Assembly: GCA_040756235.1 (NCBI GenBank)
Contig: JBFLZG010000066.1
Span: 1-64,000, forward strand
From: a bacterium
Lineage (GTDB): Bacteria > Desulfobacterota > DSWW01
Direction: 5' to 3'
DNA length: 64,000 nt
Of this stretch, positions 21,650 through 30,977 are shown piece after piece (the stretch's first letter is position 1; each line of letters starts with the position of its first letter). The translations under genes and the position numbers were made by a program. The notes beneath the pieces are model-generated. The model was not told the DNA's origin, searched no databases, and saw only the letters and a list, made by a program, of their open reading frames with translations.

Positions 21650-24157
21650 ATGAAGAAAACGAAAAAGAACGCCATCTGGGTCTTTGCTTCGCACCACAGC
21701 GGCACGATCGATGCGGTCAGCCTCGAGCTGCTCGGGAAAGGGCAGCAAATCGCGGAGGCAGCCGGCGCTCCCCTGGAGGCCGTCCTGTTCGGCGGCGGGG
21801 GCGGGAACGGGGGCGGTGTGGGGGTCGAAAGCCTGCTGGCCGGGCTCGAGCACTCGGGCGCGTCGGCCGTCCGCCTGGTCGAAGACCCCCGCCTGGCCGC
21901 CTTCTCCTCGGCCGTCTACGCGCACGTGCTCGCCGAGCTCGTGCGGCGCCACGACCCGCAGGTGCTGCTCCTCGGCTCGGACAACCGCAACGCCTCCCTC
22001 GCGGCGCGGGTCGCGGCGCGGCTCGGCACCGGCCTGAGCGCCCACTGCGTAGACCTCAAATTCGCAGGAAGCAACCTGGTCCAGACCGTGCCCGGGTTCG
22101 GCGGCAACCTCATGGCCAACATCGTGTGCCCGAGCCGGCGGCCGCAGATGGCGACCGTGACCGCCGGCATCTTCCAGCAGGCCGAGCGCAAGGACGTGAC
22201 GGCCGCGGTCGTGCGGGAGGAAGTGCCGATCCCGGACGGGATCCGCAGCGCCCGCCAGATCGAGGTGGTGCGCCGCGAAGCCGGGGGGCGGGCGGACCTC
22301 GCCAAGGCGGAGGTCGTGGTGGCCGGCGGGTTCGGCGTCGGTTCGAAAGAGAGCTGGGACCTGATCGAGGACCTCGCCCGCGCCCTGGGCGGAGTCGTGG
22401 GAGCCACCCGGCCGCCCGTGGATGAAGGGTGGGCCGGGGCCGATCAGATGATCGGCGCGAGCGGCAAGGTCATCGCGCCGCGCCTCTACGTGGCCGTGGG
22501 CGTCTCGGGCATGATGCACCACACGGTCGGCGTGCGCGGGGCCAAGACGATCGTGGCGATCAACAGCGACCAGAAGGCCCCGATCTTCACCATGGCCGAC
22601 TACGGAATCGTGGGAGACCTGAAGCAGGTCCTGCCGGCCATCCTCTCCCGGATCACGACCGGCGAGGGCCTCGCGCCGCAGATCGAACCGCCGGGTAACA
22701 CTCGGACCGCGGAGGACTACAAGGCGAGCCTGCGCGCGATGAAGCCGAACATGTACAAGCGCGGCCGGCTCATCGATGACCCGGTGAGCGATCCCTTCAC
22801 CAGCCGCACCGTGGCGGGCCACGCGCAGATCTTCGAGCTGGCGCGCGACCCCCGCTACCAGGAGCTGGTGACGACGATCTCGCACCTTACGGGCAAGCGC
22901 GTTTCCCGCTACCTCACGGTCGTCCGGTCCGCCGAGGACCAGATCGCCAACAGCAAGATGAAGCGTCTCATGTTCCAGATGACCGGCACCTGCACCGGCG
23001 GGCGTTGCGTGGGCTGGACCGGGCTGAACGCGCTCTGGTCCACGACCTGGGACATGGACCGCGAGTTCGGCACGGACTATCACGAACGGCTCAAGAGCTG
23101 GCTGATCAGTGCCCAGGAGCGGGATATCACTTGCTCCGGGGCCCTTTCGGACCCCAAGGGGAACCGCAGAGCCTCCCCCTCGAAGCAGCCGGATCCGGAC
23201 AGTTTCCTCAGGATCGTCAAGCGGCGCAAGGACGGCGTGGTGGTGCGCGGTGCCAAGATCATGATCTGCGGCACGGCCGCGGCGAACGAGATCTTCGTCA
23301 TGCCCGGGACGCGCATGAGACGTGAGGAGGCGGATTACGCCGTCTCCTTCGCCACCCCCAAGGACGCGCCCGGGATCACGATCGTCGAGGCGCGGCACCC
23401 TTCGGACGATCGCGAGCTCGAAGAAGGATTCGACAACCCGGTCACGCGCGGCGGCATCACCCAGGCCTACATCTTTTTCGAGGACGTCTTCGTTCCGAAC
23501 GAGCGCCTCTTCATGGCCGGCGAGTACAGCTACGCCGGCGAGGCGGTCTTCCGGTTCACACTCCCCTACCGATCGGCGATCGGCGGGTGCGTGGCCGGAC
23601 AGGGCGACGTCATGGTCGGCGCGGCGATCCTGATCGCCCGGGCCAACGGCCTGGATGAAAGGGTCTTTCGCGACAAGCTCATCGAGATGGTGGTGAACAA
23701 CGAGACGACCTTCAGCGTGGGCGTGGCGGCGGCCGCGCTCGGCTCACAACACCCCTCCGGAGCGTGGCTGCCCAATCCCCTGCTGGCCCACGCGAACAAG
23801 ACGCACGTGGCCACGCTGCCTTACGAGACCAAGCGCCTGACCCAGGAGATCGCGGGCGGCATCGCCGAGACGGGCTGCATGCCGTCCTACAAGGATTTCA
23901 TCGACAGCCGATACGGCCACCTCATCCAGAAGTATCTGAAGGCGAACTCCCCGGCCGAGACGCGCATGCGGATCGCCCGGCTCATCGAGTGGCTGACCCT
24001 GGGCGCCGGCGTGCCGGGCTGCATGCACGGCGGAGGGTCGCCGGACGGCGCCCGGATGGTCGTCTACGCGCAGGCGGATTTCGAGGGCATGATCGAGATG
24101 GCCAAGCGGGTCGGCGGGATTTCGGACATCTCGCTGGCCAAGCCGCCGGGGAAATAG
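21650..24157 (+). CDS. Fusion of EtfA (N-terminal) and AbfD/HpaB-fold FAD/[4Fe-4S] domain (from ~22706)
   Basis: EtfA: GLSAHC, PGFGGN, RPQMATV, GATRP, AINSD.KAPIF. AbfD fold: TAEDY..SL, TCTGGRC, SDPKG, RGAK, FEDVFVP.ER, GGC, MHGGGSP. One open frame. Confidence 0.92.
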   Translation: MKKTKKNAIWVFASHHSGTIDAVSLELLGKGQQIAEAAGAPLEAVLFGGGGGNGGGVGVESLLAGLEHSGASAVRLVEDPRLAAFSSAVYAHVLAELVRRHDPQVLLLGSDNRNASLAARVAARLGTGLSAHCVDLKFAGSNLVQTVPGFGGNLMANIVCPSRRPQMATVTAGIFQQAERKDVTAAVVREEVPIPDGIRSARQIEVVRREAGGRADLAKAEVVVAGGFGVGSKESWDLIEDLARALGGVVGATRPPVDEGWAGADQMIGASGKVIAPRLYVAVGVSGMMHHTVGVRGAKTIVAINSDQKAPIFTMADYGIVGDLKQVLPAILSRITTGEGLAPQIEPPGNTRTAEDYKASLRAMKPNMYKRGRLIDDPVSDPFTSRTVAGHAQIFELARDPRYQELVTTISHLTGKRVSRYLTVVRSAEDQIANSKMKRLMFQMTGTCTGGRCVGWTGLNALWSTTWDMDREFGTDYHERLKSWLISAQERDITCSGALSDPKGNRRASPSKQPDPDSFLRIVKRRKDGVVVRGAKIMICGTAAANEIFVMPGTRMRREEADYAVSFATPKDAPGITIVEARHPSDDRELEEGFDNPVTRGGITQAYIFFEDVFVPNERLFMAGEYSYAGEAVFRFTLPYRSAIGGCVAGQGDVMVGAAILIARANGLDERVFRDKLIEMVVNNETTFSVGVAAAALGSQHPSGAWLPNPLLAHANKTHVATLPYETKRLTQEIAGGIAETGCMPSYKDFIDSRYGHLIQKYLKANSPAETRMRIARLIEWLTLGAGVPGCMHGGGSPDGARMVVYAQADFEGMIEMAKRVGGISDISLAKPPGK

Positions 24158-24215
24158 GGCCACAGAGGGCTGTATCAGGATGCGGTCAGGCTATCGTGTT
24201 CAGAGGAAAAGCGCA

Positions 24216-24457
24216 GTGGGTGCGCCGCCTCGATCGTCTCGGGCTCAGAACGCTCCGGCCTGTTCTCCTCCCAAGGGTCGGAGACTACGGCCCTTCGGGC
24301 AGACCGACCTTTTCGTCCCTCGTTCCGGGCCGGGTGTATCGGGGTAACACCCGCCTGGCGGAGGTGATAGCAAGGGAACAACTCTCTGTTCCACCGGCCT
24401 GTCGGAACTCGGGACGGCCTCCGCGACTCGCCCTTGCCTCCTCGGCGGAACACCCAC
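24216..24457 (+). repeat. ~245-nt structured dispersed element, copy 1
   Basis: Aligns end to end with 41182-41429 and partly with the reverse complement of 50128-50240; complementary termini. Confidence 0.85.
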
Positions 24458-24540
24458 CGGCGCTCTTCCGGTCATCCCCGGCCAGGGTTGCAGCGGGCAT
24501 GGCAGGGGTGCTGCTTCCCGCGTCCGGCGGGCCAGCTCTT

Positions 24541-24564
24541 GTAGGGGCGACGCATGCGTCGCCC
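24541..24564 (+). repeat. GTAGGGGCG-type REP (second GTAG family); copies near 277, 10380, 13188, 25152, 42157, 54692, 61377
   Basis: GTAGGGGCGACGCATGCGTCGCCC hairpin and variants. Confidence 0.85.
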
Positions 24565-24606
24565 GCGAGCGTGGGAAGCAGGGGCTGGATGCCGGCCTGC
24601 GCCGGA

Positions 24607-25116
24607 ATGACGGAGAAGAGGGCGGCGTTGACCACGATCGAGTCGAAGATCCGGACCGCCCGGGAGCTCTTTGGGACGTACGCGGATGTATGGCTGCTGG
24701 ACTCCCGCATCCGGGCCCTGGTCGGCGAGCTCCGGACGCAATTGGATGCGTCCCGAAGAGCGATGTCCGAGGCAGGGATCCCCACCCTCTGCGTGCGTTG
24801 CGAGACGGAGGAGGGGGGCAGTTGCTGCGGGGCCGGGATCGAGGACCGCTACGGCGTCCCGCTCCTGGCCGTGAACCAGCTCCTGGGCTGCACCCTGCCC
24901 GATCGCCGGACGGGGGAAGAGAACTGCTACTTCCTCGGCGCGCAGGGCTGCCGGCTTGCCGCCCGCCACGTGCTCTGCGTCAACTACCTCTGCCGGAAGA
25001 TCCAGAGAAGGCTGCCGCGCGAAGCGCTGGTGCGCGTGCAGAACGTGACCGGCGCCGAGCTGGAGACCGCCTTCCGACTCGAAGAGACGCTCAGACAGTC
25101 GATGCGGCCAGCCTGA
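24607..25116 (+). CDS. Cys-rich hypothetical protein, possible Fe-S/Zn binding (start 24607 or 24628)
   Basis: CVRC-x7-CCG...CYF...GC-x8-CVNYLC at the 3' end of the listed ORF 23764..25116. Confidence 0.7.
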   Translation: MTEKRAALTTIESKIRTARELFGTYADVWLLDSRIRALVGELRTQLDASRRAMSEAGIPTLCVRCETEEGGSCCGAGIEDRYGVPLLAVNQLLGCTLPDRRTGEENCYFLGAQGCRLAARHVLCVNYLCRKIQRRLPREALVRVQNVTGAELETAFRLEETLRQSMRPA

Positions 25117-25337
25117 GCTCAGGGGATCGGCTCGAGAGGCTACACCGGATCGGGCGGACGCGTGCGTCGCCCCTGCAACTACCGTGTCATGTTCCGTCAT
25201 CCCCGGCCAAGGCCGCGGCAGCGGCCGCGCGCCGGGATCCCGGGGCCCAGCGGGATTCCCGCGCCTGCCCCGGACTCGATCCGGGGTTCGCCGGAATGAC
25301 GGGCCGGTCCCCCACCATTCCCCGAGTGCATTCGTTC

Positions 25338-25399
25338 TTGACACGAGAACCGTGGCCGTCTTATTCTGACATTGTGCCACAATTCTGACACAGTGTCAG
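25338..25399 (+). promoter_or_regulatory. Sigma70 promoter overlapped by tandem TetR-type operators
   Basis: TTGACA-N18-TATTCT; palindrome CTGACACAGTGTCAG (25385-25399) and a degenerate copy at 25366-25380. Confidence 0.7.
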
Positions 25400-25409
25400 G
25401 AAACGAGAG

Positions 25410-26081
25410 ATGGCTCGTCGAAACCGCGTCGCAGAGGAGCGCCAGGGGCGGATCGCCCGCATCCTCGAAGCCGGCGAGAAGCTCTTCATCCGCAAGGGCT
25501 TCAACCAGACCTCCATCCTGGACATTGCGGAACAAGCCGACTTCAGCCGCACCTCGATCTACCAGTACTTCCCGGGCAAGGAAGAGATCTACGCCTCCAT
25601 TCTCGAGAAGTACACGGACGAGCTCACCGATCGCATCGCCGGCGCGACCGCGGCCGCTCCTTCCACCGAGGAGAAGATCCGCGCTTTCCTGGACGAGATG
25701 AGGCGCATGAAACGGGAGAAGCCCGATTTCTTCCGCCTCTATTTCATCCAGCGCCACCTCGTGGAGCCGAAGCTCCGGCCCGCGCAGAGGGCTCAGCTCA
25801 ACGCGAAGCGGCGGAAGCTGGAGAACGTCTTCCGCGACTTCTACCGGGAGGGGGCGGCCAGGGGCGAGGTCCGGCCCATCCGCATCAAGGATGCATCGAA
25901 CCTCTTCTTTGCGCAGATCATGGGGATGCTGCTGCTGCACGAGTACTATGGGGACGAGTTCGACGTCAGCCTGGACGAGCACCTCGATCAGTCGCTCGCG
26001 ATGTATCTCGAGTACGTCGGCAAAGGGAATTCGAAGAGTCGGGCATCGGCAGGCTCAAACCGGAAGGTGTCAAGAGAATGA
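25410..26081 (+). CDS. TetR/AcrR family transcriptional regulator
   Basis: LF..KGF.QTS..DIA..A.FSRTSIYQYF.GKEEI HTH. Confidence 0.93.
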   Translation: MARRNRVAEERQGRIARILEAGEKLFIRKGFNQTSILDIAEQADFSRTSIYQYFPGKEEIYASILEKYTDELTDRIAGATAAAPSTEEKIRAFLDEMRRMKREKPDFFRLYFIQRHLVEPKLRPAQRAQLNAKRRKLENVFRDFYREGAARGEVRPIRIKDASNLFFAQIMGMLLLHEYYGDEFDVSLDEHLDQSLAMYLEYVGKGNSKSRASAGSNRKVSRE

Positions 26082-26253
26082 ATGCCCTCTCCTCCGCGCG
26101 CGGGGGAGAGGGTCAGGGTGAGGGGGGGCAGGAGCAGGGGCACCCCTCATCCTGCCCTTCTCCCCTCGGCGAGGGGAGAAGGGAGGAAGAATTCGACAGC
26201 CCTTTCCACCGGGGGAAAGCGCAGCACGTGACGGAGTTTGGAGGGTCCTGGAC

Positions 26254-28725
26254 ATGGCAAGAGCACTCGACCTCAAGGTTTTGTCGCCCCAGGAAGAGCG
26301 CATCGAGCAGGGCGAGCCGATCGGTCTCGCAACCGCAGAGGCGCAGCGCAAGCGCGCGCGCATCCACCGTATGCTCGCGGGCTTCCGGGACAAGCCGATC
26401 CGCATCAACCTCGAAAGGGCGCGCCTTTTGACCGAGTCTCTGCGCCGAACCGAAGGCCAGCCGGTCGTGCTCAGATGGGGCAAGGCGGTGGCTCACATCC
26501 TGCGGAACGTGTCGGTGCGCATCGAAGAGGACGAGCTCATCGTCGGCACCGCGGGCCCGCCGGGCCGCTACGCGATCTTCTTCCCCGAGCTGGAGGAGAA
26601 GTTCTTCTCGCACGAGGTAAACCCCAGCAAGCCCGGGGATCTTCTGGCCCTCACGGAGGAGGACGTCCGCGCCATCAACGAGGAGCTCCGGCCGTACTGG
26701 CAGGGCAGGCAGTACCACACGGCCTACATCAACGCCCTTCCCGAGGATACGCGCGCGCTTCTGGAATTGTATTGCCTGGTCATTCCCACGGCCACGGCCC
26801 GATCGAGCCTGGCGTGGAACCATGACTACGAGAAGGTCCTCCGGCGCGGGGTCGGAGGGATCCGGCGGGAGGCCGCAGAGAAGCTGGCCTCGCTCGACCC
26901 GTTCGATCCCAAGGCGAAGGTCGAGAAGGAGCCGTTCCTCGAGGCGGTGGTCCTGGTCTGCGAAGCGATCGTGGAGCTCGCCCATCGCTATGCCGCGCTG
27001 GCCCGCGCCATGGCCGAGGGGGAGCGAAGCCAGAAGAGAAAGCAGGAACTCCTCGAGATCGCCGCGGTCTGCGAGCGGGTGCCGGAGCACCCGGCCCGGA
27101 CCTTCCGCGAGGCGGTCCAGTCCCAGTGGCTCATCCAGGTCGTCTCCCGTCTCGAGCAGCGCATCGGGGGGACGATCGGCAACGGCCGCATCGACCAGTA
27201 CCTGTATCCTTTCTACAGGAGCGATCTCGACCAAGGCCGGCTGACCGAGGACGAGGCGCTGGAGCTCGTCGAATGCCTGTGGATCGGCATGGCCCGCAAC
27301 GTCGAGATCTACACGTCGCCCGGGAGCCTCTCCTTCACGGACGGCTACGCCCACTGGGAGGCCACCACGATCGGCGGTGTGGACAGGGACGGCAAGGACG
27401 CCACCAACGATCTGTCCTACCTCATGCTCCGGTCCAAGCGGGAATTCCCGCTGAACTACCCGGACCTGGCCGCCCGCATCCATGCGGGGACCCCGGAGCC
27501 GTTCCTGCACGCCATCGCCGAGACGATCAAGGAAGGTACCGGCTTCCCGAAGCTCTTCTTCGATGAGGAGATCATCCCTCTCCTGCTGGCCAAGGGCGGG
27601 GCGGTCGCGGAGGCAAACGACTACTGCATCTGCGGCTGCACCGAGGCCAAGATGATCAATCGGGACGCCGTGATGACCGGGTGCGCCTGGGTGAATCTCG
27701 GCGCCGCGGTGGAGATGACCTTGCGCGGCGGCAGGCTGAAGGTCTTCGGAGACAGGCAGACCGGCGCGCCGACGGGCGACCCCAAGGAATTCAAGTCCTA
27801 CGAGGACCTCTGGGGCGCCTTCCGCAGCCAGCTCGAGCTCCTGCTCCGGCACACGTTCGTCCAGCAGTACGTGGCGGACACCCTCAAGGCGGACTTCATC
27901 GCCGCGCCTATGTCGTCCATGCTCCACGACCTCGCCATGCGCGCGTGCAAGGACCTGCACGCCGGCCCGATCGAAGGCGCCCTCTACCTGGGCTACATCG
28001 ATACCTTGGGCTTTGCCACTGCGGTCGACTCGCTGGCCGCCATCCGCAAGCTCGTCTTCGACGAGCGCAAGCTCACGATGGGAGAGCTCCTGGAGGCTGT
28101 GGACGCCAATTTCGAAGGCCGCGAGGCGATCCGGCAGCTTTGCCTGAATGCGCCCAAGTACGGCAACAACGATCCCGATGCGGACCGCATCGGCCGGGAC
28201 ATCGAAGAGCTCGGGGTGCGGCTGACCCGGAGGTACCCGTCCGCCTTCGGCGGAGAGCTGGACATCCGGTACGTGACGATCACCGCCCATGTGCCCTTCG
28301 GCGCCGTGCTGGCCGCCACGCCCGACGGCCGCAAGGCCGGGGAGCCGATCTCCGAGGGCGTGAGCCCTTCGCAGGGGGCGGACCGGAAAGGCCCCACGGC
28401 GACGCTCGCCTCGATCGCCAGCACCAAGGCCTCCGGATACCGGGAGCGCGCAGCGCGCCTGCTCAACATGAAGATCTCGCCCTCGGCCGTGGCCGGCCCC
28501 GGGGGCACGAAGAAGCTCATGTCCCTGATCCGGACTGCCTGCGACCTCAAGATGTGGCACCTGCAGTTCAACATCATCAACCGCGAGACGCTCATCGCCG
28601 CCAAGAAGAATCCTGACAAGTATCGGAACCTGCTCGTGCGGGTGGCCGGCTACAGCGCCTATTTCGTGGACCTCACGCCGCAGCTTCAGGACGAGATCAT
28701 TCACCGGACCGAGCACAGCTTTTGA
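26254..28725 (+). CDS. Glycyl-radical enzyme of the isethionate sulfite-lyase (IslA/HpsG) clade, altered pocket
   Basis: RVAGYSAYF glycyl loop, GCTE Cys loop; IslA-like blocks SP.E.RI, RSS..W.HDY, SRLEQ, GYAHWE, SKREFPL.YPDLAARIH and RAARL.N.K. Confidence 0.92.
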   Translation: MARALDLKVLSPQEERIEQGEPIGLATAEAQRKRARIHRMLAGFRDKPIRINLERARLLTESLRRTEGQPVVLRWGKAVAHILRNVSVRIEEDELIVGTAGPPGRYAIFFPELEEKFFSHEVNPSKPGDLLALTEEDVRAINEELRPYWQGRQYHTAYINALPEDTRALLELYCLVIPTATARSSLAWNHDYEKVLRRGVGGIRREAAEKLASLDPFDPKAKVEKEPFLEAVVLVCEAIVELAHRYAALARAMAEGERSQKRKQELLEIAAVCERVPEHPARTFREAVQSQWLIQVVSRLEQRIGGTIGNGRIDQYLYPFYRSDLDQGRLTEDEALELVECLWIGMARNVEIYTSPGSLSFTDGYAHWEATTIGGVDRDGKDATNDLSYLMLRSKREFPLNYPDLAARIHAGTPEPFLHAIAETIKEGTGFPKLFFDEEIIPLLLAKGGAVAEANDYCICGCTEAKMINRDAVMTGCAWVNLGAAVEMTLRGGRLKVFGDRQTGAPTGDPKEFKSYEDLWGAFRSQLELLLRHTFVQQYVADTLKADFIAAPMSSMLHDLAMRACKDLHAGPIEGALYLGYIDTLGFATAVDSLAAIRKLVFDERKLTMGELLEAVDANFEGREAIRQLCLNAPKYGNNDPDADRIGRDIEELGVRLTRRYPSAFGGELDIRYVTITAHVPFGAVLAATPDGRKAGEPISEGVSPSQGADRKGPTATLASIASTKASGYRERAARLLNMKISPSAVAGPGGTKKLMSLIRTACDLKMWHLQFNIINRETLIAAKKNPDKYRNLLVRVAGYSAYFVDLTPQLQDEIIHRTEHSF

Positions 28726-28940
28726 GACGCCGGGGGGTGGTCTACGGGGGAGCAGGGACTGGATTCCGGCCTGCGCCGGAATGACGGAGAAGCGGACGCT
28801 TGTGTTACGTCTTCCCGGGCCAAGGCCGCCGGAGCGGCCGCGAGCCGGGATCCCGGGGCCCAGAGGGATTCCCGCTTGCGCGGGAATGACGGCCCTCTAT
28901 GACACGGGTCCTGCGCGGAAATGACGAAAGACGGCTCCCC

Positions 28941-29873
28941 ATGACCACATCGAACAGCGTGACCGGCCTCGTCTTCAACATCCAGAAATTCTCGCTCCAC
29001 GACGGGGCCGGGATTCGGACACTCGTCTTTCTCAAGGGATGCCCGCTGGCGTGCTTGTGGTGCGCGAACCCCGAGGGGCAGTCGCCCGCCGCCGAGCTGG
29101 CCTTGAGCTTGCGGCGCTGCATCGGCACCAAGGAGTGCGGCCGCTGCCTCGAGGCCTGCGATCAGCGGGCCATTCGCGCCGCACCGGAAGGAGGCCTCTC
29201 GATCGACCGGGACGCCTGCGTCCTGTGCGGCCGCTGCGTGGACGCCTGCCCTTGCGGGGCGCTCGAGCTCATGGGGAGGCCGATGACCGTCGAGGAGGTG
29301 GTCCGCGCAGTCGAGGAGGACGGCAGCTTCTACGCCCGCTCGGGCGGCGGGCTGACGCTGAGCGGCGGGGAGCCGCTGCTGCAGATCGCGTTCGTCGAGC
29401 GGCTCCTCGCGACGGCGCGCGGCAGGGGGATCGACACGGCCCTGGAAACCTCGGGGCTCTGCAGGTGGGAGGACCTGGAGGCGGCGTGCAGGAGCCTCGA
29501 CCACCTCTTCTACGACATCAAGATCCTGGACACAGCGAAGCACCGGGAGGGCACAGGGGTCGGAAACGAGCGGATCCTGGAGAACCTCGAGAGGCTCTGC
29601 AGCATGCGCACGCACCTTCCGGTGACCGTGAGGACGCCGGTCATTCCGCGGTTCAACGATGCGCCCGCCGACATCCAGGCAGTGGCAGCCTTCGTGTCAC
29701 GGTTGCCCGGGCCGGTCTCCTACGAGCTCCTCCCCTACCACGGCTTCGGGGAGCCCAAGTACGGCCACCTCGGCAAGACGTACCCGCTCCGAGGTGCGTC
29801 GCCCCCGGCCCGGGAGCGCATGGCGGCCTTGCAGGCGCTCGTGCCGGAGAGGCTGCGCCCAACTGGAAGATGA
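28941..29873 (+). CDS. Glycyl-radical enzyme activase (radical SAM with ferredoxin insert)
   Basis: HDGAGIRT, GCPLACLWCANPE, two extra Cys clusters, SGGEP. Confidence 0.95.
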   Translation: MTTSNSVTGLVFNIQKFSLHDGAGIRTLVFLKGCPLACLWCANPEGQSPAAELALSLRRCIGTKECGRCLEACDQRAIRAAPEGGLSIDRDACVLCGRCVDACPCGALELMGRPMTVEEVVRAVEEDGSFYARSGGGLTLSGGEPLLQIAFVERLLATARGRGIDTALETSGLCRWEDLEAACRSLDHLFYDIKILDTAKHREGTGVGNERILENLERLCSMRTHLPVTVRTPVIPRFNDAPADIQAVAAFVSRLPGPVSYELLPYHGFGEPKYGHLGKTYPLRGASPPARERMAALQALVPERLRPTGR

Positions 29874-29998
29874 AGGAGCGGCAACTCCCCCTTTTCCAGA
29901 AAATCCCCCCGAACCCCCCTTTTTCAAAGGGGGGCCTCCAACCTTGATGTTCCCTTCCTTCTCCCCTCAGCGAGAGGAGAAGGAAGCAACCACGGCCC

Positions 29999-30856
29999 CT
30001 ACTTCGAGTAGTCGTAGAAGCCCTTGCCGGTCTTGCGGCCGAAGTGGCCGGCCCGGACCATCTTGCGCAGGAGCGGGCACGCCCTGTACTTGGGATCGCC
30101 GAACTCCTTGTAGAGGTTGTCCTGGACCATGAGCAGCGTGTCCAGACCGACCAGGTCGGCCAGGGCAAGCGGTCCGATGGGATGGTTTGCGCCCAGCACC
30201 ATGCCCTTGTCGATATCCTCCGCCGAGGCGATCCCTTCCTGCAGGGCGAAGATGGCCTCGTTGATCATGGGCACGAGGATGCGGTTCACCGCGAACCCGG
30301 GCGCCTCGTTCACCGCGATCGGCGTCTTGCCCATTTTCTCGGAAAGCGCCTTGATGACGCCGAACGTCTCTTCGGAGGTGGACTGCCCCTTGATGATCTC
30401 CACGAGCTTCATGACCGGCACCGGATTGAAGAAGTGCATGCCGATCACCTTGTCCGGCCGCTTGGTCGCGGAGGCGATCTCCGTGATGGAAAGGCCCGAG
30501 GTGTTGGAGGCGAAGATCGTTTCCTTCCCGCAGAGCCGTTCGAGCTCGCTGTAGACCTGCTTCTTCAGGTCCATGTTCTCGATCACGGCTTCGATGACGA
30601 CCTGGGCGCCCTTCACCGCGGCCGCGAGATCCACGACTCCCGTGACCTTCGCAAGGATCCCCTCGGCCTGCTCGGAGGTCATCTTGCCCTTGCCGATGGC
30701 CCGCTCGTAGTTCTTCCGGATCGTCTTGAGACCGCCCTGGACGAACCGGTCCTCGATGTCGCGCATGGAGACCTCGTAGCCGGCCTCCGCCGCCACCTGC
30801 GAAATTCCCGCTCCCATCAGCCCTGCGCCCAGCACACAGATCTTCCTGATTGCCAT
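29999..30856 (-). CDS. hbd: 3-hydroxybutyryl-CoA dehydrogenase
   Basis: [33 protein letters not shown] and GRKTGKGFY. Confidence 0.93.
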   Translation of the reverse strand: MAIRKICVLGAGLMGAGISQVAAEAGYEVSMRDIEDRFVQGGLKTIRKNYERAIGKGKMTSEQAEGILAKVTGVVDLAAAVKGAQVVIEAVIENMDLKKQVYSELERLCGKETIFASNTSGLSITEIASATKRPDKVIGMHFFNPVPVMKLVEIIKGQSTSEETFGVIKALSEKMGKTPIAVNEAPGFAVNRILVPMINEAIFALQEGIASAEDIDKGMVLGANHPIGPLALADLVGLDTLLMVQDNLYKEFGDPKYRACPLLRKMVRAGHFGRKTGKGFYDYSK

Positions 30857-30977
30857 CTCCGCTCCTCCTTCTCGTCCCCGTTGTCTCATCTTCTCAGAGG
30901 TTTCCGCCGTTGCACTCGACCGTCTCATACAGAGGCGGGACAAAAGCCGGTCCGGCAGCGCACACATTCCCTTTCCA

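Noticed and set aside
26254..28725. Pyruvate formate-lyase, choline TMA-lyase or benzylsuccinate synthase
   Set aside because: No adjacent CC pair, no small Bss subunits or BMC genes; conserved blocks match the IslA clade.
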